From positions 320,001 to 384,000 of the forward strand of contig JBKAGE010000078.1 of the NCBI GenBank assembly GCA_046290225.1: 64,000 bases of DNA, given 5' to 3'. The notes below the pieces were generated by a model. That model had not been told where the DNA came from and ran no database searches. It was given only the letters and a program-made list of their open reading frames with translations. Position 1 is the stretch's first letter. Each line of letters begins with the position of its first letter. The stretch comes from Bradymonadia bacterium. Lineage in GTDB: Bacteria; Myxococcota_A; Bradymonadia; UBA7976; UBA1532. Positions 22,984-32,241 of the stretch are shown piece after piece. Position numbers and translations under genes: made by a program.

Positions 22984-23844
22984 ATGCCTACGTTTTCATC
23001 TCTTTCAGGAGCAGCAGTGTTCGCCCACTTCACCGGAACCGAGGAATATATCGCATCGATGGAGCTGCAGGAGGCGGTGAACGTCGCCCTGGCCCTCGAG
23101 CGCCCACTGCTCATCAAGGGCGAGCCCGGTACGGGCAAGACCCTGCTGGCCAAGGCCGTGGCCCAAGGCCTGAAGCGCCCCCTCTTCACCTGGCACGTGA
23201 AGAGCACCAGCAAGGCTCAGGAAGGCCTGTACGTCTACGACGCAGTGCAGCGGCTCCAGGACTCCCGCTTCGGCGACAAAGATGTGAGCGACATCCGCCA
23301 GTACATCCGCTTCGGCGGCCTGGGTCAGGGCTTCCTGTCCGAAGAGCCCTCGGTGGTGCTCATCGACGAGATCGACAAGGCCGATCTCGAGTTCCCCAAC
23401 GATCTGCTCCACGAGCTCGACGCCATGGACTTCACCGTGGTGGAGACCGGTGACGTGCACAAGGCGAAGCACCGCCCGCTGGTCATCATCACCAGCAACA
23501 ACGAGAAGGAGCTCCCCGACGCCTTCCTGCGCCGGTGCATCTTCCACTTCATCGACTTCCCCGAGAAGGATCTGATGGCCCGCATCGTTCAGGTGCACCA
23601 CCCCAAGGTCCGCCAGACCCTCATGGACGAGGCCATCGCCCGCTTCTACTGGCTGCGCGAGCTCCCCGAGCTGCGCAAGCGCCCTTCGACGAGCGAGCTC
23701 ATCGATTGGATCGGAGCGTTGATCCGCGGCGGCATCGATGAGGAGAGCCTCACCGACCGGGTGCCCTACCTGGGTACGCTCATCAAGAAAGAGCAGGACC
23801 TCGAAGCGGTGGCCCGCCGCGAGGGCCGCTGGAAGCGCAAGTGA
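22984..23844 (+). CDS. MoxR family AAA+ ATPase
   Basis: GEPGTGKT, YDAVQRL, LIDEIDKA, TSNNEKELPDAFLRRC. Confidence 0.95.
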   Translation: MPTFSSLSGAAVFAHFTGTEEYIASMELQEAVNVALALERPLLIKGEPGTGKTLLAKAVAQGLKRPLFTWHVKSTSKAQEGLYVYDAVQRLQDSRFGDKDVSDIRQYIRFGGLGQGFLSEEPSVVLIDEIDKADLEFPNDLLHELDAMDFTVVETGDVHKAKHRPLVIITSNNEKELPDAFLRRCIFHFIDFPEKDLMARIVQVHHPKVRQTLMDEAIARFYWLRELPELRKRPSTSELIDWIGALIRGGIDEESLTDRVPYLGTLIKKEQDLEAVARREGRWKRK

Positions 23845-25055
23845 GCCCCCGCAACAACCCCGACCGGCACCGCGTCGACGGGCCTGGCGGGCTGTTCCTG
23901 GGCTTCTTCTATCTGCTCAGGCAGCAGGGCATCCCTGTGGGGCCCAACGAGTGGCTCGCCTTCGTCGAGGCCATGGACAAGGGCCTCGTGGCGGCAGATC
24001 TCAAGCGGTTCTATGCCATCGCCCGGGCCACCCTGGTGAAGCACGAACGCTATTACGACACCTTCGACCAGTGCTTCGCCCACTACTTCGACGGCGCCGA
24101 GGCCCCCGTAGCCCTGGCGAAGGCCATCGACGACTGGCTGTCGAACCCCAAGCCGGTGCCCCATCTCTCCGACGAGATGCTGGCACAGATGCAGCGCCTC
24201 GACTTCGATGAGCTGATGCGGCAGTTCGAGGAGCGCCTCAAGGAACAGACCGAACGCCACGACGGTGGCAACCGCTGGGTGGGCACCGGGGGCACCAGCC
24301 CCTTCGGCAACAATGGCGTGAACCCCATGGGCATCCGCGTCGGCGGGAGCAGCGGCGGTCGTTCCGCGGTCCAGGTGGCAGCCTCGAGGCGCTACTACAA
24401 CTACCGCACCGATCTCGTGCTCGACACACGCCAGATCAGCATGGCGCTTCGGCGTCTACGGCGCCTCGGCCGTGACGGCCAGGCCACGGAGATCGACGTC
24501 GACGGCACCATCGACGTCACCGCCCGCAACGCCGGAGATCTCGAGATCGCGCTGATTCCGCCTCGAGAGAACCGCCTCAAGGTGCTGTTGCTCATGGATG
24601 TGGGCGGATCGATGGACCCGTACTCGCTGCTGGTGAGCCGACTGTTCTCGGCAGCCCACGCGGCGACACATTTCAAAGAGTTCAACGCCTTCTACTTCCA
24701 CAACTGTCCGTACGACGGGGTCTACAAAGATGCCCGGATGAACGAGGGCATGGGCACCCTCGACTTGATGCGCTGGCTGCCCAAAGACACCCGCGTGGTC
24801 TACGTGGGCGACGCCTGCATGCACCCGTACGAGCTCACTGCCCGCTACGGCGCCCTGGACTACGGACAGCAGAACGAGAACACGGGCCTCGAGTGGCTGC
24901 TGCGCCTCGATCGACACTTCGAAAAGTCGATCTGGCTCAACCCCATGTCCCGGCGCTACTGGGCCCACCCCACCATTCGGATGATCGGCGAGGTGTTCCC
25001 CATGTTCGACCTCACCCTCGATGGCCTCGAAGAAGCGGTGAAGACCCTGCAGTGA
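23841..25055 (+). CDS. VWA domain CoxE-like protein (MoxR partner)
   Basis: GTGA overlap; WVGTGGTSPFG, MDVGGSMD MIDAS, YFHNC, VGDA.M.PYEL, WLNP. Confidence 0.92.
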   Translation: MSPRNNPDRHRVDGPGGLFLGFFYLLRQQGIPVGPNEWLAFVEAMDKGLVAADLKRFYAIARATLVKHERYYDTFDQCFAHYFDGAEAPVALAKAIDDWLSNPKPVPHLSDEMLAQMQRLDFDELMRQFEERLKEQTERHDGGNRWVGTGGTSPFGNNGVNPMGIRVGGSSGGRSAVQVAASRRYYNYRTDLVLDTRQISMALRRLRRLGRDGQATEIDVDGTIDVTARNAGDLEIALIPPRENRLKVLLLMDVGGSMDPYSLLVSRLFSAAHAATHFKEFNAFYFHNCPYDGVYKDARMNEGMGTLDLMRWLPKDTRVVYVGDACMHPYELTARYGALDYGQQNENTGLEWLLRLDRHFEKSIWLNPMSRRYWAHPTIRMIGEVFPMFDLTLDGLEEAVKTLQ

Positions 25056-25067
25056 GCGCCGGGTCGC

Positions 25068-25883
25068 TCACCCCGCCATCCGCCACAGGCCCACACCCAC
25101 CATCAACGCGCACATCACCAGGGCCATGGCCAGCTCTCTCGGGCGGGGTTTCTGCCACAACGCCAGGGCCATTGCGGGTCCGATGAACGGCAACGCGGGG
25201 ATCGGCTTCTCGGTCACGACCAACACGACGAAGCAGATGGTGAACCCAGCGAGGGCACCGCTGATGCCTCGGCGCCAGGAGAGCCCGTTCACCGCCACCG
25301 CCCGGAGCATCACCCCAGTGAAGGCGATGTCCCCCACCCCGATGATGGGGGTGACACCGAGCCCAGGGGTGGGCATGTGTATCAGAGTGGCGATCCAGGT
25401 GAGGCTGGGGCCTGCCTCTACGATCTGATGAGTGGGGCCCTCCGGCGACATCAAGCTCATGACATCTGCGCCGGCGCCCACGAGGGCCAGGGGCCAGATC
25501 CAGGCAGGATCGAGCACCTTCCCGCCGATGGCCACCCCCAGGCTGTGGGCGAGCGACAGCAGCCCCAGGCCCGCGACCCACGCCAGCGCCGCCGAGGGCC
25601 GGCCGTCGATGACCGTGCCGTCGACGCTGTTGATCAACGTGACGGCGATCAGCCCGCACACCACCGAGAGCACCAGGGGCTGCCGCCACGCCCCGGTGAC
25701 GCTCAAGACGGTCCCCACGCTGACGATGGCGCCGGCGGCGGCGGCGAAGGCCAGGGCGCTGCCCCATAAGGTGGGCGTGGTGATCACGGCAGCCATGAGC
25801 CAGAGGCCCCAGAACTTCACTGACCAGAGGCTTATGACCGCGACCATCGAGGCCCTGGCGTCGTTCAGCGTCGGGCGCGCCAC
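25068..25883 (-). CDS. Presenilin/signal-peptide-peptidase-like GxGD intramembrane aspartic protease (start uncertain, up to 25952)
   Basis: Polytopic membrane protein with intramembrane Asp (AGADVMS), IGVGDIAF (GxGD) and PIPALPF (PAL) in A22 order. Confidence 0.65.
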   Translation of the reverse strand: MARPTLNDARASMVAVISLWSVKFWGLWLMAAVITTPTLWGSALAFAAAAGAIVSVGTVLSVTGAWRQPLVLSVVCGLIAVTLINSVDGTVIDGRPSAALAWVAGLGLLSLAHSLGVAIGGKVLDPAWIWPLALVGAGADVMSLMSPEGPTHQIVEAGPSLTWIATLIHMPTPGLGVTPIIGVGDIAFTGVMLRAVAVNGLSWRRGISGALAGFTICFVVLVVTEKPIPALPFIGPAMALALWQKPRPRELAMALVMCALMVGVGLWRMAG

Positions 25884-26004
25884 CGTCCTGCCCTCCCGTA
25901 CCCTCTTCAGGGGGTTTTCTCTGCAGAGCATGCAGACTACCGTGCAACTCACCGGGGCCCCAGAACATCAAGACGGGCACGAATCAACTTGCGAGAGCGC
26001 ACTC

Positions 26005-26340
26005 ATGAGCACCATCACCGATCTCACTGACGAGAACTTCGAGTCCGAGCTTGCTGGCGCCGAGCTGGCCATCGTGGACTTCTACGCGGGCTGGTGTGGC
26101 CCGTGTCGCATGTTCGCCCCCAAGTTCAAGCGCCTGGCGAAGAAGTACACCCAGGTCCGGTTCTTCAAGCTCAACGGTGAAGAGGCCCCCAACGCCCGCA
26201 AGACCGTCACCATCGACACCCTGCCCTACTTCGCCGCCTACAAGAACGGCGAGCTGCTCGGGGGCTTCTCCACTCAAAAAGAAGACAAGTTCGTCGAGTT
26301 CTTCGAGGGCCACTTCGGCCCCGCCCCCGAGGAGGCCTGA
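26005..26340 (+). CDS. Thioredoxin
   Basis: VDFYAGWCGPCR active site; 111 aa. Confidence 0.93.
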   Translation: MSTITDLTDENFESELAGAELAIVDFYAGWCGPCRMFAPKFKRLAKKYTQVRFFKLNGEEAPNARKTVTIDTLPYFAAYKNGELLGGFSTQKEDKFVEFFEGHFGPAPEEA

Positions 26341-26588
26341 TGAAGGCTGCTGAGATCAGGCGACTCGCCCAGGCCCATGACCAGGCCGCCCTCGAGGCCG
26401 CCGCCGACGCCCTCGCTGAAGAGCTCCCCTGCCCCATCGAGGTGGCCGGCGAAGACGACGGCGAGCGCCTCACCCACTTGATGCTCGCCAGCAGGCTACG
26501 GGGCATGGTGGATGCGGGCCAGCCCCTCGCTCAGGCCTTCCGCGAGGTCATGCAGGGCGTACGCACCGTGATGACCAACGAGGACTGA
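26340..26588 (+). CDS. Small hypothetical protein
   Basis: TGATG coupling to thioredoxin, GGAGG RBS, host-like codons. Confidence 0.75.
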   Translation: MKAAEIRRLAQAHDQAALEAAADALAEELPCPIEVAGEDDGERLTHLMLASRLRGMVDAGQPLAQAFREVMQGVRTVMTNED

Positions 26589-26595
26589 TCCGCCG

Positions 26596-26937
26596 TTGAT
26601 CACTGCCCTGGCCCTCCTGCTTCTGTTCCAACTTGCCGGAGAGGCCGTCAGCACCCTCACCGGGCTGCCCGTGCCCGGCCCCGTCATCGGCATGGCCCTG
26701 CTCACCATCGCCCTGCGCCAAGGGTGGATCAGCGTCGAGCGGTTGAGACCCGCCGCTGCCCCCTTGCTCGAACACATGACCTTCCTCTTCGTGCCCCCTG
26801 GCGTGGGGATCAGCCTCTACTTCGCCGACATCGCCCGCCAGCCCGTGGCCATCCTCACCAGCATGCTCGTGAGCACCGCTTTGGTGATGGCCGTGGTGGG
26901 CCTGCTGCACCAGCGGTTCGGCAAGGTGCGTCCATGA
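26596..26937 (+). CDS. cidA: CidA/LrgA family membrane protein
   Basis: QLAGE, LPVPGPVIGM, FLFVPPGVG. Confidence 0.9.
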   Translation: MITALALLLLFQLAGEAVSTLTGLPVPGPVIGMALLTIALRQGWISVERLRPAAAPLLEHMTFLFVPPGVGISLYFADIARQPVAILTSMLVSTALVMAVVGLLHQRFGKVRP

Positions 26938-27626
26938 GCGCCCTCGCTGGCCCTGTCTTTGGCGTCACGCTCACCACAGTGACGTGGTGGATGGCCCTGG
27001 CGCTCCATCGGCGGACCGGCTGGGTGGTGTTCAACCCCGTGCTGGTGGCGGTGGCGCTCATCATCGGTGTGCTCCACATCGCCGGGATCAGCTTCGACGG
27101 CTACATGCAGGGTGGTCGCCTCATCTCCTTTTGGTTGGGGCCCGCGGTGGTGGCGCTGGCGCTGCCGCTCTCCGAGCAGATGGATCGCCTGCGTGGGCAG
27201 CTCGGTGCTCTGGCGCTTTCTGCCCTCGCCGGGGCCGTGGTGGGCATCGTCTCCGCCGTCCTCGTAGCGAAGTCTCTCGACGCCTCGACGCTGGTCACCG
27301 CATCTCTGGCGCCGAAGTCGGCCACCACGCCCATCGCCATGGGGGTCAGCGAGGCCCTCGGTGGGGCCCCGGCGCTCACTGCAGGGCTCGTAGTGCTCAC
27401 GGGCATCCTCGGGGCCGTGCTCGGACCCACATGGCTCACGATATTGCGCGTGGTCGACCCCGCCGCCCGGGGGCTGGCTCTCGGCGCCGGCGCCCATGGG
27501 GTGGGCACGGCCCGAGCCCTTGAAGAAGGCCCGCTCCAAGGGGCTGTGAGTGGCCTGTCCATGGGGCTCACTGGGTTGCTCACGGCATTGCTCACGCCGC
27601 CGCTGATGGCTCTGCTGTCTCCCTGA
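26934..27626 (+). CDS. lrgB: LrgB/CidB family membrane protein
   Basis: ATGA overlap; NPVL, LGPAVVALALPL, APKSATTPIA, AHGVGTARA. Confidence 0.93.
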   Translation: MSALAGPVFGVTLTTVTWWMALALHRRTGWVVFNPVLVAVALIIGVLHIAGISFDGYMQGGRLISFWLGPAVVALALPLSEQMDRLRGQLGALALSALAGAVVGIVSAVLVAKSLDASTLVTASLAPKSATTPIAMGVSEALGGAPALTAGLVVLTGILGAVLGPTWLTILRVVDPAARGLALGAGAHGVGTARALEEGPLQGAVSGLSMGLTGLLTALLTPPLMALLSP

Positions 27627-27759
27627 GACACCGCCCGCTCGCCCCTGTGACAGCCGACCATCGACCATGTACTTTCGGGCACTTACACAGCAGCCTCAGT
27701 CACCTCAGGGTGGCACGGCCCCTGCTCTGCTCTCCGGGCGAACCGCTCAGGAGATCATC

Positions 27760-28377
27760 ATGTTCTGTCGCCCCATGACCATCGCCGCTCTCTCTGCAGT
27801 CCTCACCCTGACCTTCTCCAGTTTCGCCGCCGCCAAACGGGTCATGCGATTTGAAGTCGGTGCCGCTGTCGGCGGCAGCATGGATGCAGGCGGCGGCGAT
27901 CCTCAGAGCGTCGAGGGCGGCGGCGTGATCGCGGGCACCCTCGACTTCAGCGACGGTCCGGGGCTCTCCTTCGGCCTCAAGGGCGGCATCGCAGGCGCCG
28001 GCGACACCCAGGATCAGTTCTTCTGGATGGCCACCGACGCTGGCCTGCTCGCTCGATACACCGTGCCCTTGGGGTCGTTGAAGCTCTCAGGCTATCTCGT
28101 CGGTGGTGGCTCGATGTTGCAGCTGGAGCCCGAGTTTGTCCTCACCACCGATCGCATCATCGACGTGGGCTACTACGCTGAAGGCGGCGTAGATTTGATA
28201 CTGCCCATCACGGAGGGCATCTCGATGATGGTGGCCGTGCACCACAGCATCCGCGGTTATGGCGAGGTTGAAGGCTCAGTGACCCCGCTGCTGGCCAGCG
28301 GTGAGGTCTCAGTGACGGTGGAGGACTTCACGGTGCAACACACCATGGCCGTCGCCGGGGTGGCGCTCTCCTGGTGA
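27760..28377 (+). CDS. Putative outer-membrane beta-barrel protein
   Basis: AGGAG RBS, signal peptide, alternating amphipathic strands, C-terminal Trp (VALSW). Confidence 0.65.
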   Translation: MFCRPMTIAALSAVLTLTFSSFAAAKRVMRFEVGAAVGGSMDAGGGDPQSVEGGGVIAGTLDFSDGPGLSFGLKGGIAGAGDTQDQFFWMATDAGLLARYTVPLGSLKLSGYLVGGGSMLQLEPEFVLTTDRIIDVGYYAEGGVDLILPITEGISMMVAVHHSIRGYGEVEGSVTPLLASGEVSVTVEDFTVQHTMAVAGVALSW

Positions 28378-28381
28378 GGGT

Positions 28382-29941
28382 TCAGATCAAATAGCGCGCG
28401 GCGAGGGCCACCACTGGCGCCGCAGTGGGCCTCCCGTGCTGCCAGTCGCCCCCTTCACAGCCGCTGCCGCCGAGATCGAGGTGGGTGTACGGGATCGGAT
28501 CCGAGGACGCGATGCCGTGGCGATCCACCCCAGAGGCGATGGCCAGGAAGGCCATGGGGAACTGATGCCCCCGAGGGGTGCCCGTGCTCGGGGCGTTGTT
28601 GCACGAGATGACATCGTCGGCGCTGGTTCTCGGCGCCACGAAGTCGAAGTCTTCTCGCCGCAGACGGGAAAGCTCGAAAGGATCCCCCCAGGTCTCGCCT
28701 GTGGCCTGAAGGGCCGTGGCGACACCTTCTGCCCGGGCGGGGCCGTTGTCCATGGCGATGCTGTACGGGCCCATGGCGCGGCCAGCGTGGCCGGTGAGGG
28801 TGGCCACCGTGAAGAGGTGTGGTGCCACGTGGCTCGAAGACTCGGCCCGCAGATGGCTGAGGAGATCTGCCAGCACCAGCCGCCCCTCGGCGTCGGTGTT
28901 CCCGATGCGGACCCTCACCCCGGAGTGACCTCGGATGATCTCGTCGGCGACAAAGGCGTCAGCGCCGATGCTGTTGCGGACCATGCCCAGCTCGGCGATG
29001 ACCTTCACCCCAGCGGGCTTGAGCTCGGAGACCACCTTCATGAAGCCCGCCACGGCGGCAGCCCCACCCTTGTCCCGGCTCATGCCCGCCATGTGGCCAC
29101 CGGTCTTCAGATCAGCACCGCCGGTGTCGTAGGTCACGCCCTTGCCGGCGAGGAGCAGCGTGGTGCTCACAGGGCCCTCTGGTGCGTACTCCAGGCGAAT
29201 CACGCAGGGGCGGTGGCGCTCCACGGGCACCGACGCCCGGGCCACGGCCATGAGCAGCGGGTACTCTTCTCTCAGGCGGCCGACCTCGCGGATGATGGTG
29301 ACCTTCACCGGCCCCCCGGAGAACGTCGAAGCACACAGCTCAGCCACCTTCTCCGGCCGCATACGCTCCGGCTCGGACCCGCCGATGTCCCGGGCGAGGC
29401 GACGGCCTGCTTCGAAAGACTCCACCAGGCTGCAAACAGCAGCAGGATCGCCACCGCTCGCGAGGGCAACCCCCATGCTGGCTACGGGCTCCGACTTGTC
29501 CTCGCCGAGGGCCTCTCGGGCCTCGAGGGGCGCCCACAGCCCCGCGAGGGCGCCCAGGCAGGCAGCCTCCGCAGCCCGCGTGAAGTCTTCATCCTCTGGC
29601 GCCTCACCGATCACGAAGAGAGGTCGACGGGCGCCGGCCTCCCGGGCCCGGGTAATGCCCGCTCTGGCAGCATCGGCGAAGCGGCGGACGTCATCGTAGT
29701 CCCGGTCCAGGTTGCCCGTCGGCGCCACGACCAGCCGGCCACCAGGCAACTTCGCCGAGGGAATCAAGACCACCGCCTGGCCTACGCGGGCGTCGACGGC
29801 AGCAGCGCTGTCGATGAGCGCCTGAACGACTGGCAACGCAGTGAGTGGGGTGCCGGTCTGCACCACCACCACAGCATCGAAGCGGTTGCCCACGAGGGCC
29901 CCAGCGGCGTCCTCCACAGGGAGAAGCTCGGGCATGGCCAT
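28382..29941 (-). CDS. M17 family leucyl aminopeptidase
   Basis: GKGVTYDTGG.DLK, MSRDKGGAA, NTDAEGRLVLAD, ATLTG, HLD. Confidence 0.95.
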   Translation of the reverse strand: MAMPELLPVEDAAGALVGNRFDAVVVVQTGTPLTALPVVQALIDSAAAVDARVGQAVVLIPSAKLPGGRLVVAPTGNLDRDYDDVRRFADAARAGITRAREAGARRPLFVIGEAPEDEDFTRAAEAACLGALAGLWAPLEAREALGEDKSEPVASMGVALASGGDPAAVCSLVESFEAGRRLARDIGGSEPERMRPEKVAELCASTFSGGPVKVTIIREVGRLREEYPLLMAVARASVPVERHRPCVIRLEYAPEGPVSTTLLLAGKGVTYDTGGADLKTGGHMAGMSRDKGGAAAVAGFMKVVSELKPAGVKVIAELGMVRNSIGADAFVADEIIRGHSGVRVRIGNTDAEGRLVLADLLSHLRAESSSHVAPHLFTVATLTGHAGRAMGPYSIAMDNGPARAEGVATALQATGETWGDPFELSRLRREDFDFVAPRTSADDVISCNNAPSTGTPRGHQFPMAFLAIASGVDRHGIASSDPIPYTHLDLGGSGCEGGDWQHGRPTAAPVVALAARYLI

Positions 29942-30004
29942 AGATGTGCTCCTAGAGGTGCCCGTATGGGCAGGGTGTTCTCGTCTATGCAGAAAGGAGG
30001 CGGC

Positions 30005-30463
30005 TCAGAGGCCGGCGTCGCGCTCGATGGCGCTGCGGATGTCGGCGCCGATCTCCAGGGCGTCGCCGAGGATGCCGAGGGCCTTCCGCTCCTCGTCGGT
30101 GTACTCGAAGTCCGCAGCGGCGAGGGTGGCCGCCATCTCGTACACCTTCTCGCGCCCCTTGATGGAGGTCACCGCCAGGGCCACGCGCTGGGACACCGTC
30201 TTCAGGCCACCGAGCCAGTCGTCTCCACCGGCGCGCTTCACCGCATCTTCGAGGTAGGCGTCCACCTCGTCATGCTTGCCCTCGGCCCACGGCATCTCGA
30301 GCAGCATGTGCTCGAGCTGCGTCTTCTCCAGGAACGCCACCCGATCGTCGGCGTGCACGATGAAAGCCAGCAGATCGATGATCGACTGACCCTGCTCGAA
30401 CGTCAGCGACTTGAGATCGGCGTTGGTGGAGAGTTCGTCGGCCAGTTGGTTCCAGTCTGCCAT
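30005..30463 (-). CDS. TerB-like domain protein
   Basis: IVHADDRV..LE and LAAADFEYTDEE paired motifs. Confidence 0.7.
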   Translation of the reverse strand: MADWNQLADELSTNADLKSLTFEQGQSIIDLLAFIVHADDRVAFLEKTQLEHMLLEMPWAEGKHDEVDAYLEDAVKRAGGDDWLGGLKTVSQRVALAVTSIKGREKVYEMAATLAAADFEYTDEERKALGILGDALEIGADIRSAIERDAGL

Positions 30464-30537
30464 GGGGACTCCGAAGTCAGTGGCGGGTACAGGCGCATGA
30501 GGCGCTCTTCGGGTAATGGCACGCCTCGCAGGCAGGA

Positions 30538-31644
30538 TCAACGATCTGGCGCGGCCTGGGGCTGAGAATGGGGCTGGCTGCCTGAGTGCTCAGTTGTCGA
30601 GGGACTTTTGGGCAGCGGCTTCGCCGGCGGGAGCTTGCCGCCATGGGCCGCTTTGAGCTTCTCCAAGCGCGCTTTGAACCGCTCGCAGGGGTCGATGTCG
30701 TCGAGCCGAGGGGTGAACCACACATAGTCGAAAGGCATCGATGTGGCCTCGTCCGGATCAAGCGCCCCCTCTGTGACCTGGATCAGCCCGATGGAGACCG
30801 ACTTGCCTCCGGCACGGGCCCGCACGTACCAGGGCACACCGCGATCGGTCCGGGCGTGGCCATTGCCGGTGATCAAGATCGCCCCGCCTGCCTCGTGGGC
30901 GTTGATCAGGGCCTCGGCCATGGTGGCGTCTTTGAGGCGCTGGCCCCTGGCCATGGCAGGGATCAGCCCGCCAGAGGCATGACCACAGTGGGCGGCGACG
31001 ATCTCTGCCTCCAGGCTCTTCGCCGCTTCGGACTCCAACGGGCGGTCGAGGGCCAGGGTCTCGGTCACCCCCTCAGGCAGGGTGTCGTAGCCCTGCATCA
31101 TCACTGCCTTCAGCTGGGTCCGGGCGGGGTTGCCCGCGAGCAGTTGCACAGGCTTGGAGCGGCTGAACACAGCAGAGAAGATCGGACGATACAAAGCAAA
31201 ATCGGGCCAGCCGCTCTCCGCCCAGTGCACCTGCTCTGCGAAGGCCTCAGGGGTCAGCTTCGGCGGCAGCCCACCCAGGGTGCCGGCGTCATCCGCGTCG
31301 AGCATTTCGAAGGCCACTGAGGCATGACGACCGCCTTCGAGCAGGGCTTCGACGATCCACCCCTGCAGCCTGTGGTGATCGGGGTGGTCGTGACGTTCAC
31401 CGATGAGCACATAGTCTGCCCCTTCGGCTCGGGCCAGCAGCGTCTCGCGGTCGATGAAGGCGTGGGCGTGGGTGTCCCAGATCCGGTCGGTGAGCGGATG
31501 GTCGAGACCGATCTCCGCCACCCATTGCCCCTCAGTGGCGGGCGGCGTGGGCGCGCCCCCACAGGCCACCAACCCCAAACATATGCCCGCACACCACATC
31601 GGGTGTATGATGGCTCGATGAACGGCCCCGAAGATCTCGTGCAT
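30538..31644 (-). CDS. ChaN family lipoprotein (haem-binding/iron-regulated)
   Basis: Lipobox LVAC; LIGERHDHPDHH.LQ, AFEM, WPDFALYRPIF, HCG, KDATMA, GNGHARTDRGVP. Confidence 0.88.
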   Translation of the reverse strand: MHEIFGAVHRAIIHPMWCAGICLGLVACGGAPTPPATEGQWVAEIGLDHPLTDRIWDTHAHAFIDRETLLARAEGADYVLIGERHDHPDHHRLQGWIVEALLEGGRHASVAFEMLDADDAGTLGGLPPKLTPEAFAEQVHWAESGWPDFALYRPIFSAVFSRSKPVQLLAGNPARTQLKAVMMQGYDTLPEGVTETLALDRPLESEAAKSLEAEIVAAHCGHASGGLIPAMARGQRLKDATMAEALINAHEAGGAILITGNGHARTDRGVPWYVRARAGGKSVSIGLIQVTEGALDPDEATSMPFDYVWFTPRLDDIDPCERFKARLEKLKAAHGGKLPPAKPLPKSPSTTEHSGSQPHSQPQAAPDR

Positions 31645-31894
31645 GATTCACCCTCCTGTGCCAGACCCGGCCTGATTTTGATGCGCGAGACGGTGGACAC
31701 GTCGCTTGTGTACGCAGCGGCGTCTGCCGATGAAGATTCAGAGTTTTCCAGCCTGGGCACAGGCACTTGGAAGCGCTCAGGGCGATTTTTCTTGATCTCG
31801 CACTCGGGATCTGGTCAAAAACCCCGCTCATTTAAGATTTCAGCGCCTTCGGGCGAGACCCTTATTCAACACGCTCTCAACGGGAATTAGAAAC

Positions 31895-32200
31895 ATGGCC
31901 AAGAAGAGCAAGATCGCCCGCAACAACCAGCGCAAGGTCGTCGTGGCCAAGTACGCGGAGCGCCGCGCCGAGCTCAAGGCGATCATCAAGAACCCCCGCA
32001 GCACCCCCGAGCAGGTGGACGAGGCCGTGATGGCCCTCCAGAAGCTCCCCCGCGACTCCAGCGCCACCCGCGTGCGGAACCGCTGCAACCTCACCGGTCG
32101 TCCCCGGGCCTACTACCGCAAGTTCGGCCTGTCCCGTATCGCCCTGCGCGAGCTCGCCCTCGCCGGCGAGATCCCCGGCGTGGTGAAGGCCAGCTGGTAA
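31895..32200 (+). CDS. rpsN: 30S ribosomal protein S14, long zinc-independent form
   Basis: MAKKS..., [45 protein letters not shown]; 101 aa, single Cys. Confidence 0.98.
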   Translation: MAKKSKIARNNQRKVVVAKYAERRAELKAIIKNPRSTPEQVDEAVMALQKLPRDSSATRVRNRCNLTGRPRAYYRKFGLSRIALRELALAGEIPGVVKASW

Positions 32201-32241
32201 TCAGCGCTCCCTGCGCGCCCCACTGAATTGCCCGCACTGAG

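Noticed and set aside
22984..25055. MoxR/VWA pair as a novel or defence system
   Set aside because: Common conserved chaperone-like pair with no accessory effector genes.
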